Source: an uncultured Gammaproteobacteria bacterium
GTDB taxonomy: Bacteria > Patescibacteriota > Microgenomatia > UBA8517
NCBI GenBank assembly: GCA_964431555.1
Contig: CAYSJW010000005.1
Coordinates: 15,215-79,214 of the forward strand
Length of the DNA stretch: 64,000 bases
Direction of reading: 5' to 3'
Shown here: piece after piece, positions 50,327 through 60,304 of the stretch
Layout: each line of letters opens with the position of its first letter
How positions within the stretch are numbered: position 1 is the stretch's first letter
Made by a program: the position numbers and the translations under genes
Notes under the pieces: model-generated
Seen by the model: only the letters and a program-made list of their open reading frames with translations
Databases searched by the model: none
What the model was told of the DNA's origin: nothing

Positions 50327-51397
50327 TTAATTACTACTTGAGATTATATACCTTGCCGCTTTTGTTTTTCCTTCCTTTTTTATTATATTCTTTTCCAGAA
50401 GATAGTTAATATCCCGTAAAATTGTATCTTCCGAAACCATAGGCAAAACATTTCTCAATTCATACATACCGGCCGAATTGTTTTCCGAAAGATATTCAAT
50501 AAGTTTCATCTGCCTCTCGCTCAAAGCAATCTGTTGGCCAAGCTTACCTTTTAATTTGGAATCAATTGAAAGTTTTCTAACCTTTTCCTTGACCTTCCCC
50601 AATTCAACAGCCACCACTTGAGTGAAATACTCCAGCCAAGGAGTCAAATCTCTTAAGGCTAAATTAGGAGACTGTTTATCAACTTGAGCAAATGCCTCAT
50701 AGTAAGAGACTAAATCCTCATCGAAATGTTCTTCAATTGAGAAGAATCTCTTCATATTGTATCCTTCCTTCATCAAAATAAGATTAGAAAAAGCGCGAAC
50801 TGTCCTCCCATTACCCTCAACAAAAGGGTGAATTGCAACCAAAATGTAATGAGCAATACCAGCCCTTAATATAGGGTGAATTTCCTTGGACTCATCTGAA
50901 TTAAGCCACTCAAAAAAGTCCTGAATCAAATAGGTAACCTCTATAGCAGGAGGGGGAGTTAAAATAATCCGTCCGCTTCCTTCTTCCTTGATAACAACCT
51001 GAGTTTTTCTAAAAACCCCAATTTTATCTTGAGGAACAATTTTATTCACAGTTTCTTTATGTATCTCTTTTAAGTCTTCTTCCGAATAACCTCCTCTTTT
51101 AGCCGATAAATCATCCAAAAGTTCCATCACATTTCTATAATTGATAACCTCCTGAATATCCCTGTCATGAGCGATTACCTCCTCCCCCTCCAAAAGTTTT
51201 TTCACCTGATCCAAATTATCTAAACCCACTCCCTCGATATGAGTTCCGTGGTGAATTGTGCGAGCCAAGGCGTCCGAAGCAAATTGTTTTTCGTAATAAG
51301 GTACAAGAGGGGCGTTTTCAATAACTTCACGCGATGCTTCTATTGAAGCTATATTTTTAAGAATTTTATTGGTAATTGTAAATTTTGGGATATACAC
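50327..51397 (-). CDS. Fic-family protein (putative AMPylase).
   Basis: Canonical Fic motif HPFVEGNGRTVR (HPFx[DE]GNGR). 356 aa. Confidence 0.85.
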   Translation of the reverse strand: MYIPKFTITNKILKNIASIEASREVIENAPLVPYYEKQFASDALARTIHHGTHIEGVGLDNLDQVKKLLEGEEVIAHDRDIQEVINYRNVMELLDDLSAKRGGYSEEDLKEIHKETVNKIVPQDKIGVFRKTQVVIKEEGSGRIILTPPPAIEVTYLIQDFFEWLNSDESKEIHPILRAGIAHYILVAIHPFVEGNGRTVRAFSNLILMKEGYNMKRFFSIEEHFDEDLVSYYEAFAQVDKQSPNLALRDLTPWLEYFTQVVAVELGKVKEKVRKLSIDSKLKGKLGQQIALSERQMKLIEYLSENNSAGMYELRNVLPMVSEDTILRDINYLLEKNIIKKEGKTKAARYIISSSN

Positions 51398-51437
51398 TTT
51401 AGCTTAATATTACGGATATTCTGCGGTAAATACAAGA

Positions 51438-53021
51438 CTAAATTTTAATTAGAATGTGGTTTGAATCATTATATAGAAAGGTATCGTAATATTTTTCAAC
51501 CTTATCTAACCTTTCCTCATCAATCAATCCCTTCCAAATAAGAAGATAATCAACTCCCGTATTTTTAATACGATCATCAAACTCTTTACTTGGAAAGTTT
51601 TGCCAATATAAACTTCTAAGTTCATTAATACTCTCCGGCTCAAACCCGCTGACTCCGCCTAACAAATACTTCCCATGATAAAGAGAATAAACCATTCTGT
51701 GTGTTTCCAAAACCGCAACTTCACCAAACGCCCAAGAGAAAATCGGAAGTTCCAAAAGCACACCTTGAGGTAAACCCTTTATATAGGTATAAACTTTTGG
51801 ATACTCACTAACTTTGCCAAATACAAAATAATTAGCCCTTTGGGTCAAAGGAAAAAATACAATCGCTAAAATGATAAAAAACAAATAAATTTTATCTAAT
51901 TTTTTACCCTTAATTACCTTTGCCAACCCCAAAGAAAGCAAAAAAGCCGATGAAAAAAGCGCCAGCCAAATCCACCTTCCCGGCGCCCTAAAAGCCGAAA
52001 AACCGGGAAGTAAATAATATAAAATCCCGTATGGAAGAGGAAGAAAAAATTTATTAAATAACTTTAAAGTAAAATCTCCAATCTTTAAAACAGGACCTAA
52101 ACTTAAAATTAACCCCGATAAAAAAAGAAGTAAAAGCCACCTTTCTCCTTTATGACTTAATTTTATCTTTTTGAAAAACACCAAAAGCAACATCGCCAAA
52201 AACACTCCATCGGAAAATACACTTTTTAAAAGCTCATCAATCCCAGGCGAAAAGTTAGCCGCATCACGAATTGACCTTGCCAAATGATACTCTTTCGCAA
52301 CCAGCCAATAAATCCTTGCGGGTATAAACACAATTGAGACTGAAACCAGAAAAAAAATTAAAAAGTAAACTCTTTTCTCCCAAAATGCTTTGAAGTTATC
52401 AATAATCAAAAAAAGTATTATCAATCCCGCAAAATAAACCCCTAAAGGACTTTCCCACATTTGAGCTCCAAAAAATATGGCTGAAGTAATTAAATACCAG
52501 AAAACTTTTTTTCTAAAATACTTCCAGATTAAATACACTGAAAAAAGCCACCACTGATGATTCCACATCTGAAGGTGTGCAATAAAACCCATTCTCGTTA
52601 CCGATATTCCCAAAGCCAAAGAAGAGATAAGGGCTGCGGTTTTACTTTTGCTTGCCTCCCAAAACCACAGATAACAAATTATAATTGTCGTTATTTGTCC
52701 GAAAAGCAAAGAGGTACTTATTGCAACAAGAGGCTCCTTGGTTAGTAAAACCGGAATATAGGAAATAATTGCCGAGGGGATATGCATATCCGAAAACGCC
52801 ATAACATTTTTATAAGAATAAAAAATATTCGCCTGAAATAAATTAGAAAGATCGAAGGGAATCTTTTTAATAGTCTGGTTTAAATACCAAACCATCAAAA
52901 CACCATCCCATTTTTCCGCAACGCGCTTTTCCGGATCCTGAATTATCGGCCAAAGGCTAAAAATCGAAATCAAAAATATCACTGCAAAAGGCAGAAGATG
53001 GCTTTTTAAAAAAGCTTTCAT
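51438..53021 (-). CDS. Large polytopic membrane protein, possibly a GT-C-type glycosyltransferase.
   Basis: 527 aa with more than 12 predicted TM helices. Family assignment is uncertain. Confidence 0.45.
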   Translation of the reverse strand: MKAFLKSHLLPFAVIFLISIFSLWPIIQDPEKRVAEKWDGVLMVWYLNQTIKKIPFDLSNLFQANIFYSYKNVMAFSDMHIPSAIISYIPVLLTKEPLVAISTSLLFGQITTIIICYLWFWEASKSKTAALISSLALGISVTRMGFIAHLQMWNHQWWLFSVYLIWKYFRKKVFWYLITSAIFFGAQMWESPLGVYFAGLIILFLIIDNFKAFWEKRVYFLIFFLVSVSIVFIPARIYWLVAKEYHLARSIRDAANFSPGIDELLKSVFSDGVFLAMLLLVFFKKIKLSHKGERWLLLLFLSGLILSLGPVLKIGDFTLKLFNKFFLPLPYGILYYLLPGFSAFRAPGRWIWLALFSSAFLLSLGLAKVIKGKKLDKIYLFFIILAIVFFPLTQRANYFVFGKVSEYPKVYTYIKGLPQGVLLELPIFSWAFGEVAVLETHRMVYSLYHGKYLLGGVSGFEPESINELRSLYWQNFPSKEFDDRIKNTGVDYLLIWKGLIDEERLDKVEKYYDTFLYNDSNHILIKI

Positions 53022-53025
53022 TTTA

Positions 53026-53931
53026 CTAACCCAAGAGGTTTTTCAAAGTTTCCGGTATTTTGTCAGCCAAATCATCCGAATTAAAATTAACTCCCACCTT
53101 CTCATATAGTTCATCAGCTGCCTTTTTAATAATAAATGAAGCGCTCGCGGCAGCCAGAAATGGCTCATTTTTGGCCAAAAGAGCAACCGTTAATCCCGCC
53201 AAAATGTCACCGGTTCCTCCCTTTGTCAATCCTGCATTACCGCCTTTTACCAATGCACAATCATTTGGTGAGGCAACAATTGTTTCCGGACCCTTCAGAA
53301 CTATCGTACAACCATATCTCTTAACCATCTCCCCTACAATTTTTGAGTTTTGATCTGTCATTTTGATATTTGATTTTTGAATTTTGACTTTGAACAACAT
53401 CTCAAATTCCTTAGTATTTGGTGTCAGAATCGCTTTTTCCGGTATCCATTCTACATCCATCACCTGCAAACTTCCCGCGTCAATTACCCAACGCTTTTCT
53501 GGAAATTGCTTTAATAACCTTTGAGTTATATTCCTTGTCTTTCTCCCCTCAGAATCATAACTTCTTATTTCAGAACTTCCATTTTGATTTTTGATTTCTG
53601 ATTTTTGATTTTCCCTCCTGTATCGCATAAATCCCGGTCCTATCAAAACAGCGTCGGATTTTTTAATATATGCATCAACATCCTCCCAAGGTACCCAGAT
53701 AAAAGACATTAACTCTGACTTAATCCGATTTGTAACTTCTCGAAAGCTTTCTTCAGGTGATGCAAAAAAAACCATATCCACAATACGCGAGGCTACTTTT
53801 AACGACAAAATCGGCGCTCCATGGAAAAGTTTCGACCCACCAATAATTGTTACCTGTCCATTTTGTTCACCAGATGATAAAGGATGAGGTTGATATAATT
53901 TTTTTAATTCATTTGGATCAAAGGTTCTCAT
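53026..53931 (-). CDS. nnrD: ADP-dependent NAD(P)H-hydrate dehydratase (YjeF C-terminal domain).
   Basis: GGSKLFHGAP...VIDAGSL...KGGNAGLTKGGTGDILAGL matches the YjeF_C carbohydrate-kinase motifs. It contains two in-frame low-complexity inserts encoded by TTTTGAT repeats (53341..53392, 53582..53612). Confidence 0.8.
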   Translation of the reverse strand: MRTFDPNELKKLYQPHPLSSGEQNGQVTIIGGSKLFHGAPILSLKVASRIVDMVFFASPEESFREVTNRIKSELMSFIWVPWEDVDAYIKKSDAVLIGPGFMRYRRENQKSEIKNQNGSSEIRSYDSEGRKTRNITQRLLKQFPEKRWVIDAGSLQVMDVEWIPEKAILTPNTKEFEMLFKVKIQKSNIKMTDQNSKIVGEMVKRYGCTIVLKGPETIVASPNDCALVKGGNAGLTKGGTGDILAGLTVALLAKNEPFLAAASASFIIKKAADELYEKVGVNFNSDDLADKIPETLKNLLG

Positions 53932-54003
53932 AAATAAAATACTAAACTATTTTCAATTTTCACTCTTTATCTTATACTATAACCTAACATAACAATTAAA
54001 AAG

Positions 54004-54321
54004 ATGGCAAAAAATCAAAAAATTTTCACCAAAAAGAAAAAGAATGAAATTCTAAAACATACCTTGCTTAAAGAAGCCAACCAATTCAAAAAAGAGTTTG
54101 CCGACAGACTCCTGAAACTTGTAACAAGTGGTTTCGGGTTGGTTTCTGCCCTTGCTTGGAATGAGTTGATAAAAGAAATCATTAAAAAATATATTGAACC
54201 TCTCTTTGGAAAAGATTCAGGATTAGTATCCTTGCTAATCTATGCTCTTGCCGTAACCTTCTTGGCAGTCTTTGTAACCTATCAATTAAGCAAATTCACT
54301 GAGAAAGAAAAGGAGGATTAA
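54004..54321 (+). CDS. Small hypothetical membrane protein.
   Basis: 105 aa with a basic N-terminus and one or two TM helices. Confidence 0.35.
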   Translation: MAKNQKIFTKKKKNEILKHTLLKEANQFKKEFADRLLKLVTSGFGLVSALAWNELIKEIIKKYIEPLFGKDSGLVSLLIYALAVTFLAVFVTYQLSKFTEKEKED

Positions 54322-54607
54322 TTAGTGATCTTCGTTGTCCTTATCATGTCTGGTCTGACTCATCTCAATAAAAGTTGGAAACCACCTCTCGCGCCTACCA
54401 CCAATAGGAAATTCTTGTCCCCCAACTTGACCTTTAGATGGTTTTTCTCTAGTTAAACAAACCCCCCTCTAGTCCCGGAGGAGGCAATTCATCTATTGAT
54501 GGAGGTTGCCCATCCACCGCATTTCCCACTTCTTCAAACTTAAAATACCTTTTTCCCGTATAAGGGTTCCTACCTTTAAAGACACATTTTTTTTGGCATA
54601 TTTTATT

Positions 54608-55738
54608 TTAAACTTTCAATTTAATTTTTTCCACTTTCTCAAATCTTTCTACATAATGCGGGTCAGCTGTTGTGATTATCGTTTGTTGCCCCTTTGTAGC
54701 TTCAAAAACAATATCTCTGTGCTCATGGTCAAGTTCAGAAAAGATATCATCAAGCAGAAGCGTTGGCTTTTCTTTGGTTACCGACTCAATGTAAGATAAT
54801 TCCGCCAGTTTCAGCCACAAAACTCCCATTCTTTGCTCTCCCCTACTTCCGTATCGCGCAAGCTCTCTTTCTTTCTTTCCCGCACTTGTTTTCTGATTTT
54901 TGATTTTGAAAATCATATCATCTCTGTGCGGCCCAACCAAAGTTGAAGCAGCGGCTACTTCTTCTTCAGCGTACTGATTTAAGCGAGCTTCAGAAATTGC
55001 ACTTGGATCGTATTCCAAACTAAACCTCCCGTTTATATCGGATTTTAAAATTGGAATTTCTGACTTATTCGCAAATTCTATAAACTCACGCCGTTTCCCG
55101 CTTAAATAATCGCCATTCTTAATAAGAAGCTGATTCCAAAAAAGAAGTTGCGTACGGGATATTCCCTCTTCTCTTATTCTCCAAAGAAGTCTATTTCTTT
55201 GACGCAAACCTTTCTCATAAGAAAGCAAAGCACGCCTATATTCCCTATCCACCTGCGATAAAACAGTATCCAAAAATTTTCTTCTTTTAGAAGGCTCCTC
55301 GGTAACCAGTTCCAAATCCCACGGTCCAAAAAGAACTACCTTTAAATTTCCGGTGAAATCAAAAAGTTTTTTGCTAACCCCGTTTAACAATAATTTTTTT
55401 CGTGTAACTTTGGAAATTTTTCTCGGATTAGCTCCAACCGTAATCTCCCCTCTTGTTATAATAACTTCTAAATTAGTGCCAACTCGTTTTCCCCCTTCTT
55501 CTTTAACAATGCTTCCCTTAATTCTTGTTATCTCTTCATAATAATTGATCATTTCCTCTTCAATTCTTGCCCGAAAACTTTTTCCTGTTGAAAGGACAAA
55601 TAAACTTTCCAATATGTTTGATTTACCTGATGCATTCGGTCCAACAATAAAGTTCACATATGGTGAAAACTTGAGAAGTTTATCTTTAAAGTTCCTGAAA
55701 TTTTTTAGTTCCAACTTTGTAACAATCATTAGTTTCAA
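54608..55738 (-). CDS. recF: DNA replication and repair protein RecF.
   Basis: N-terminus KLELKNFRNFKDKLLKFSPYVNFIVGPNASGKSNILESL (Walker A) and C-terminus LLLDDIFSELD (Walker B / signature). Confidence 0.9.
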   Translation of the reverse strand: MKLMIVTKLELKNFRNFKDKLLKFSPYVNFIVGPNASGKSNILESLFVLSTGKSFRARIEEEMINYYEEITRIKGSIVKEEGGKRVGTNLEVIITRGEITVGANPRKISKVTRKKLLLNGVSKKLFDFTGNLKVVLFGPWDLELVTEEPSKRRKFLDTVLSQVDREYRRALLSYEKGLRQRNRLLWRIREEGISRTQLLFWNQLLIKNGDYLSGKRREFIEFANKSEIPILKSDINGRFSLEYDPSAISEARLNQYAEEEVAAASTLVGPHRDDMIFKIKNQKTSAGKKERELARYGSRGEQRMGVLWLKLAELSYIESVTKEKPTLLLDDIFSELDHEHRDIVFEATKGQQTIITTADPHYVERFEKVEKIKLKV

Positions 55739-55772
55739 ATAATAAATCTAATTTACCAGAAATAATTTCACA

Positions 55773-56645
55773 TTAACTTTGACAATTGGGGCAAAAATAG
55801 GTTCCTCTTCCTCCAATTTTTATTTTTCTAATCGCAGTTTTGCAATTTTTGCAGGATTCTCCTTCCCGACCGTAAACTAAAGTGAAATCCTGATACTTTC
55901 CTTCGCTCCCGTCAGGAGTAACAAAAGCTAATTCGCTCGCTCCTCCTCTTTTAATCCCCTCCTTTAAGACGTCAATTATCGATTTAAAAAGTTTTTTGAC
56001 CTCATCTTCCCTCAAATCTTTTGCTTTTCTAACCGGTTTTATTCCAGCCAACCATAAGGCATCATTAGCATAAATATTTCCCACTCCGCTGATTTTTTCC
56101 TGATCCATCAAAACAATCTTAATAGCCTGACTACTTTTGGATAAAATTTCCCGGAATTTGTCTAAAGTCAAGGGATTTTCAGGAGGGTCATTTGCATTTA
56201 TTAAAGGTTCTGGCCCTAATTTTCCTATAAATTCAGTTTGATTCTTAAGTTTGGATTTTTGAATCACTTTCATCCAACCAAATTTTCTGACATCGTTAAA
56301 ATAAAGTTTTCCCCCTTTATCCAGATGAAAGATAATATGAGTATGTTTTCCACCCAAACCGCCAATAACTTTTTTGGAAAGTTGATGTCCTTTTTTAAGA
56401 TTCGGCCCTTCGTAGATAAGCTGGCCAGTCAACTTTACATGGATAACGATTGAGTAAGAATTAGACAAATCAATAACCAAAGCTTTTGCAAATCTTCTGA
56501 CATCTTGTATTTTTGCACCTTCCACTTTACCCTTTTCCCCCTCAAACTTTTTACCATAACGGATTTCAATATTTAAGATTTTATGTCCGACGATAAACTT
56601 TTTTAATTGTAATTTAATACTTTCAACCTCCGGAAGCTCTGGCAT
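55773..56645 (-). CDS. mutM: Formamidopyrimidine-DNA glycosylase (Fpg/MutM). The start is at MPELPEVE; the tracked ORF extends to 56708.
   Basis: N-terminal PELPEVE catalytic Pro, H2TH region and C-terminal zinc finger CKNCKTAIRKIKIGGRGTYFCPNC. Confidence 0.9.
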   Translation of the reverse strand: MPELPEVESIKLQLKKFIVGHKILNIEIRYGKKFEGEKGKVEGAKIQDVRRFAKALVIDLSNSYSIVIHVKLTGQLIYEGPNLKKGHQLSKKVIGGLGGKHTHIIFHLDKGGKLYFNDVRKFGWMKVIQKSKLKNQTEFIGKLGPEPLINANDPPENPLTLDKFREILSKSSQAIKIVLMDQEKISGVGNIYANDALWLAGIKPVRKAKDLREDEVKKLFKSIIDVLKEGIKRGGASELAFVTPDGSEGKYQDFTLVYGREGESCKNCKTAIRKIKIGGRGTYFCPNCQS

Positions 56646-56737
56646 AGGGATATTATAAAGCAGAAAGTTGAATGTAGAAAGTAGAAAGGAGGTTTTCTGG
56701 TCGACCAAATTGTTAATTGTTAAATCTTGGAATCAAA

Positions 56738-56790
56738 CACCCGAAAGGTTCAAACCTATTCAACCCGTCGGGTTGGAACTTATTAGAACT
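56738..56790 (+). repeat. Diverged copy of the CCCGAAAGGTT..AACCCGTCGGGTT hairpin repeat.
   Basis: CACCCGAAAGGTTCAAACCTATTCAACCCGTCGGGTTGGAACTTATT matches the core of the repeats at 30811..30852 and 32350..32490. Confidence 0.8.
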
Positions 56791-57143
56791 TACTATTTTC
56801 CGACACATCGAGGACAACTATCAATCCATTTCACTGCTTCTTCTCTATTATTAGTTTCCCTCACATCAGAACCAAACTCATCTTTTACCCATGTTCTATC
56901 TGTTTCCAGTTCATCTGGGTCAGTTATTCCCTGTTCATTAAAATCAGGGCTAGGAAAGGCAAATCTATGTCCAGACGTATCCGTATACAAGAAATATGTT
57001 TCCTTAACTCCTTTATTCATGAAAAAAACATTTTATATCAACACTGTCTTTCGCAATCACACTGTACTTATCCAGTTTAAATGCATACTTTCTTCCCTTT
57101 TTCCCTTAATTTCTCAAAAACATCAACGAACAAAGCAAACTTG

Positions 57144-58280
57144 TCAATCCAATAGCTTTCCATTCCCCGAAACTTTCTTTACTAACCTTTTGATACTCTC
57201 TACGAATCTTTCTTTAGAAAATTTTAATGCATTTTTTTGGAGAGTTGCTTTACTCCATTTTTTAGTTTCAACTCTTTTAATTGCATCACGAACTGCTTTC
57301 TCACTTACCTCATTAATCAAAACACCCGTCACTCCGTCAATAACTGACTCTCTAAATCCCCCTCCGTTAAAGGCAATAACTGGTGTTCCCGCGGCTTGAG
57401 CTTCAACCACAGTCATACCAAAATCTTCATCTTGTGCTAAAGCAATAAACCCCTTTGCCTTTGCGTAAAGCTCATATAACTTGTCATCAGATACTCTTCC
57501 AATCAATTCGATATTTTTTGATCCTTGATCTTTAATTTTTGATAAAACATCCGAGTATCCTGCCGCTTCACCAACTATTTTAAGTCTGTAATTACAACCC
57601 AATTTTGAAAACACTTTCACTGCCTCCTCCAAACCCTTAGCACCCACTAATCTGGAAACTATTAAAAAGTAGTCCTCTTTACTTTTGATTTTTGATATTT
57701 GATTTTTGATTTTATTTACGTCCACCGGCGGATAGATTACAACTGAATCTCTTCTATAAAATTTCTCAATTCTTGATGCTACGTTTTTGGAATTAGCGAT
57801 CCAGAAATCAACACTTTGAGCAGTTTTGAAATCATAAAGCCTCATAAAATGCCCAACAATTGCAGCATAAACCTTGACAGGTAAATATTTGGTAAAGCCA
57901 ATCGAAGTTTTATAACCATAAAGCCACCTTGGAGGTGTATGACAATAGGCAATCACTTTAGTTCTAGAACCTATCTTAAAACCTCGGGTTATATACCAAC
58001 TACAAGAAGTTATAATCAAGTCATACTTTGAAAGATCAAAACTTCTCCAAATTAATGGAGTTAGAAAACGCAAGGGAGAATAAAGTTTACCAATCTTTAA
58101 AAGGGGCGCCAAAAAACTTTCGTGAATTCTCCTACCCCTAAACACCTTTTCAGCTGTACTTCCTTTTACCGAAAATGCCGTATAAATTGGAGCTTTTGGG
58201 TAAATTTCTGATAACACTTTAAGCACCCTTTCTGCACCGCCAAACTCCCTCAAATAATCGTGTAACAACGCAACTTTCAC
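57144..58280 (-). CDS. Glycosyltransferase family 4 (GT-B).
   Basis: The C-terminal domain with EDFGMTVVEAQAAGTPVIAFNGGGFRESV is a GT4 signature. It contains the in-frame insert NKIKNQISKIKSK from (TTTTGAT)4 at 57683..57713. Confidence 0.85.
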   Translation of the reverse strand: MKVALLHDYLREFGGAERVLKVLSEIYPKAPIYTAFSVKGSTAEKVFRGRRIHESFLAPLLKIGKLYSPLRFLTPLIWRSFDLSKYDLIITSCSWYITRGFKIGSRTKVIAYCHTPPRWLYGYKTSIGFTKYLPVKVYAAIVGHFMRLYDFKTAQSVDFWIANSKNVASRIEKFYRRDSVVIYPPVDVNKIKNQISKIKSKEDYFLIVSRLVGAKGLEEAVKVFSKLGCNYRLKIVGEAAGYSDVLSKIKDQGSKNIELIGRVSDDKLYELYAKAKGFIALAQDEDFGMTVVEAQAAGTPVIAFNGGGFRESVIDGVTGVLINEVSEKAVRDAIKRVETKKWSKATLQKNALKFSKERFVESIKRLVKKVSGNGKLLD

Positions 58281-58629
58281 AATAGTATATAGGTTATAAT
58301 AGATAGCATATGAGTTACTTGTTTCTCAAAATTTTTATTAATGCATTTAGCATTTTATGAACTGTTACACTCTGGTTCCTAAACCAAATTATACTTCTTC
58401 TTTTCTAAATACCCCACATCTTTACAAATAAGCAACTGATTCTGAAGTTTACTTAATGATACTTTTGTCATTGTATAAAACTGAATTTTCTTTATTTGGT
58501 AAGTTTTTCTATTATTGCATAAACAAAAAGAACAAGCCTATGTCCTTCTCTCCAAACATTCAAATTATAAAAATGGGCAATCTTTCTTTCTGACACATAT
58601 CCTATTCCCCACCCACTATCTACTAACTA

Positions 58630-59586
58630 CTAAAACAAACTTCCTTGGTTTTCCGAAACAATAGATCTACCAACCTCTTTCACTCTTTTTGCCAAGGACT
58701 TAAAACCATATTCGGAAAATAAATCTAGCACCTTTTGACTATCCACTCTCCAATTCTTCAATTTTCCCAAATCCACCTTAAATTCCATATCTTTTACAAT
58801 TCTGGCAAGTTTTTGAAACCTAAAAGCATTTTCTTTATCCTTTTCTAGTTTTTTTCTTGTTGATTCATCTAAATCCTTGAGGTGTTTATAAATACTCTCT
58901 AAACTCTCATATTTAGCCAAAAGTTTAACTGCAGTTTTTGGACCAATTCCAGAAACTCCCGGATAATTATCCGATGGGTCTCCCACTAAAGCTTTAAAAT
59001 CGGGAATCTGCTTTGGTTTTACCCCAAGTTTTTCAACTACATCCTCTTCCTTCATTAACTTAGCAGCCGATAAGCCTTTCACAGGCATATAAACACTGAT
59101 ATTTTTTCCATCATCAACGAGCTGCAGGATATCTCTATCTCCCGTAACAACAACAACCTCATCAATTCTTGACTGATTGAGCTGTTTAGAAGTCCCCGCC
59201 AATTGTAAGGCAAGCGTACCGATGATATCATCCGCCTCATATCCGGGAGCTTCAAAAATAGGTATATCCATTGCCGAAAAAACATCTTTAGTTTTCTCAA
59301 TTTGAACCTGCAAATCATTTTCCAAAGGAGGTCTTTGCGCTTGATAATCAGGAAACTCTTTTCGTCTGAAAGTAGGTTCTGGCCGATCAAAAGCAACAGC
59401 CAAGTGTGTTGGTTTTAGGTCTTGAATCACCCTTAAAAGCATTGAAACCAAACCATAAACGGCATTTATCGGTTCTCCTTTCCTTGTAGTTAAAGGAGGA
59501 AGAGCATGATAAGCGCGGTGCAAAATTGCGTGGCCGTCAATCAAGATAAGTTTGCGATTTGCTGATTTGGATAAAGATTCATTCAT
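58630..59586 (-). CDS. Stand-alone 5'-3' exonuclease / flap endonuclease (Pol I N-terminal-domain-like).
   Basis: KLILIDGHAILHRAYHALPP...AVAFDRPEPTFRRKEFPDYQAQR...GDRDILQL...IPGVSGIGPKTA (H3TH). 318 aa. Confidence 0.85.
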   Translation of the reverse strand: MNESLSKSANRKLILIDGHAILHRAYHALPPLTTRKGEPINAVYGLVSMLLRVIQDLKPTHLAVAFDRPEPTFRRKEFPDYQAQRPPLENDLQVQIEKTKDVFSAMDIPIFEAPGYEADDIIGTLALQLAGTSKQLNQSRIDEVVVVTGDRDILQLVDDGKNISVYMPVKGLSAAKLMKEEDVVEKLGVKPKQIPDFKALVGDPSDNYPGVSGIGPKTAVKLLAKYESLESIYKHLKDLDESTRKKLEKDKENAFRFQKLARIVKDMEFKVDLGKLKNWRVDSQKVLDLFSEYGFKSLAKRVKEVGRSIVSENQGSLF

Positions 59587-59880
59587 AGGAGAAATTCTTT
59601 AGTATTTAGTATTTAGTATTTAGTAGTTAGTGGTTAGTGGTCAGTGGTTAGTAGTTTATAGTTGATCATTAGCAATAAATTTTCCTTCCACCTTTCAACC
59701 AACCACCAACAACTTATAACTTATAACTTATAACTTACTTCTCACTACCCCCCTCTTACTTATCATCACTCACAGCTCACAATCCACTACTTATTTCTCA
59801 CTTCTCACAACCCACTACTCATAACTCACTACACGCTATCCACTTCTCACTATCTACACAATCTACGACTAACCTACCTT
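59587..59880 (+). repeat. Back-to-back inverted heptamer arrays: (TTAGTRG)n at 59590..59680 (C-free) switching to (CYCACWA)n at 59690..59880 (G-free).
   Basis: AGTATTTAGTATTTAGTATTTAGTAGTTAGTGGTTAGTGG... is followed by ...CTCACTTCTCACAACCCACTACTCATAACTCACTAC. The two halves are imperfect reverse complements. An 18-bp near-palindrome CGATAATTCGAATCATCG follows at 59899..59916. Confidence 0.85.
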
Positions 59881-60061
59881 TTAATGACTTATCCACTTCG
59901 ATAATTCGAATCATCGATGTAATTTAAGATTTACTAATTGTCAAGAACAATCCGATAATAATTTAAAATTAGCTACAATATTAATCGTATATATAAAGAA
60001 AATTTTTCCTGTATTAACTATTAACTAAAGTTTACTCCATACAGGCTAATACATAATTCTG

Positions 60062-60304
60062 AACTTTTATTCTATTTCAAATTCTCTTTACCTAACTACT
60101 CACAACTCACCACCCACCACTCACTTCCTACTCCCTAATCCCTACATCTTACTTCTTACATCCTATTCTTACTTCCTATAACCAACTACAAACAACCAAT
60201 AACTAACAACTTACCACTCACTACTCACCACCCACTACCCACCACTCACTTCTTACTTTATATTTCCTTTCTTTCCAACTATTTTTTCAAAATCATCTCT
60301 ATCT
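60062..60304 (+). repeat. 243-nt G-free heptamer-repeat tract spanning the ftsH stop and 3' flank.
   Basis: No G between 60062 and 60304. Repeats are of the form CTACTCA CAACTCA CCACCCA CCACTCA. Confidence 0.85.

Noticed and set aside
56793-57020. A 75-aa minus-strand ORF next to the repeat copy at 56738..56790, considered as a real gene.
   Set aside because: It has coding-like residue mix but no motifs. It sits in the mutM–GT4 intergenic space immediately adjacent to a diverged mobile repeat. The evidence is insufficient to call it.
59590-60304. Telomere-like repeats of a linear replicon (TTAGTGG/TTAGTAG resembles TTAGGG-type units).
   Set aside because: The arrays are internal, occur in both orientations and are flanked by ordinary genes. 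Nothing in the window indicates a chromosome end.
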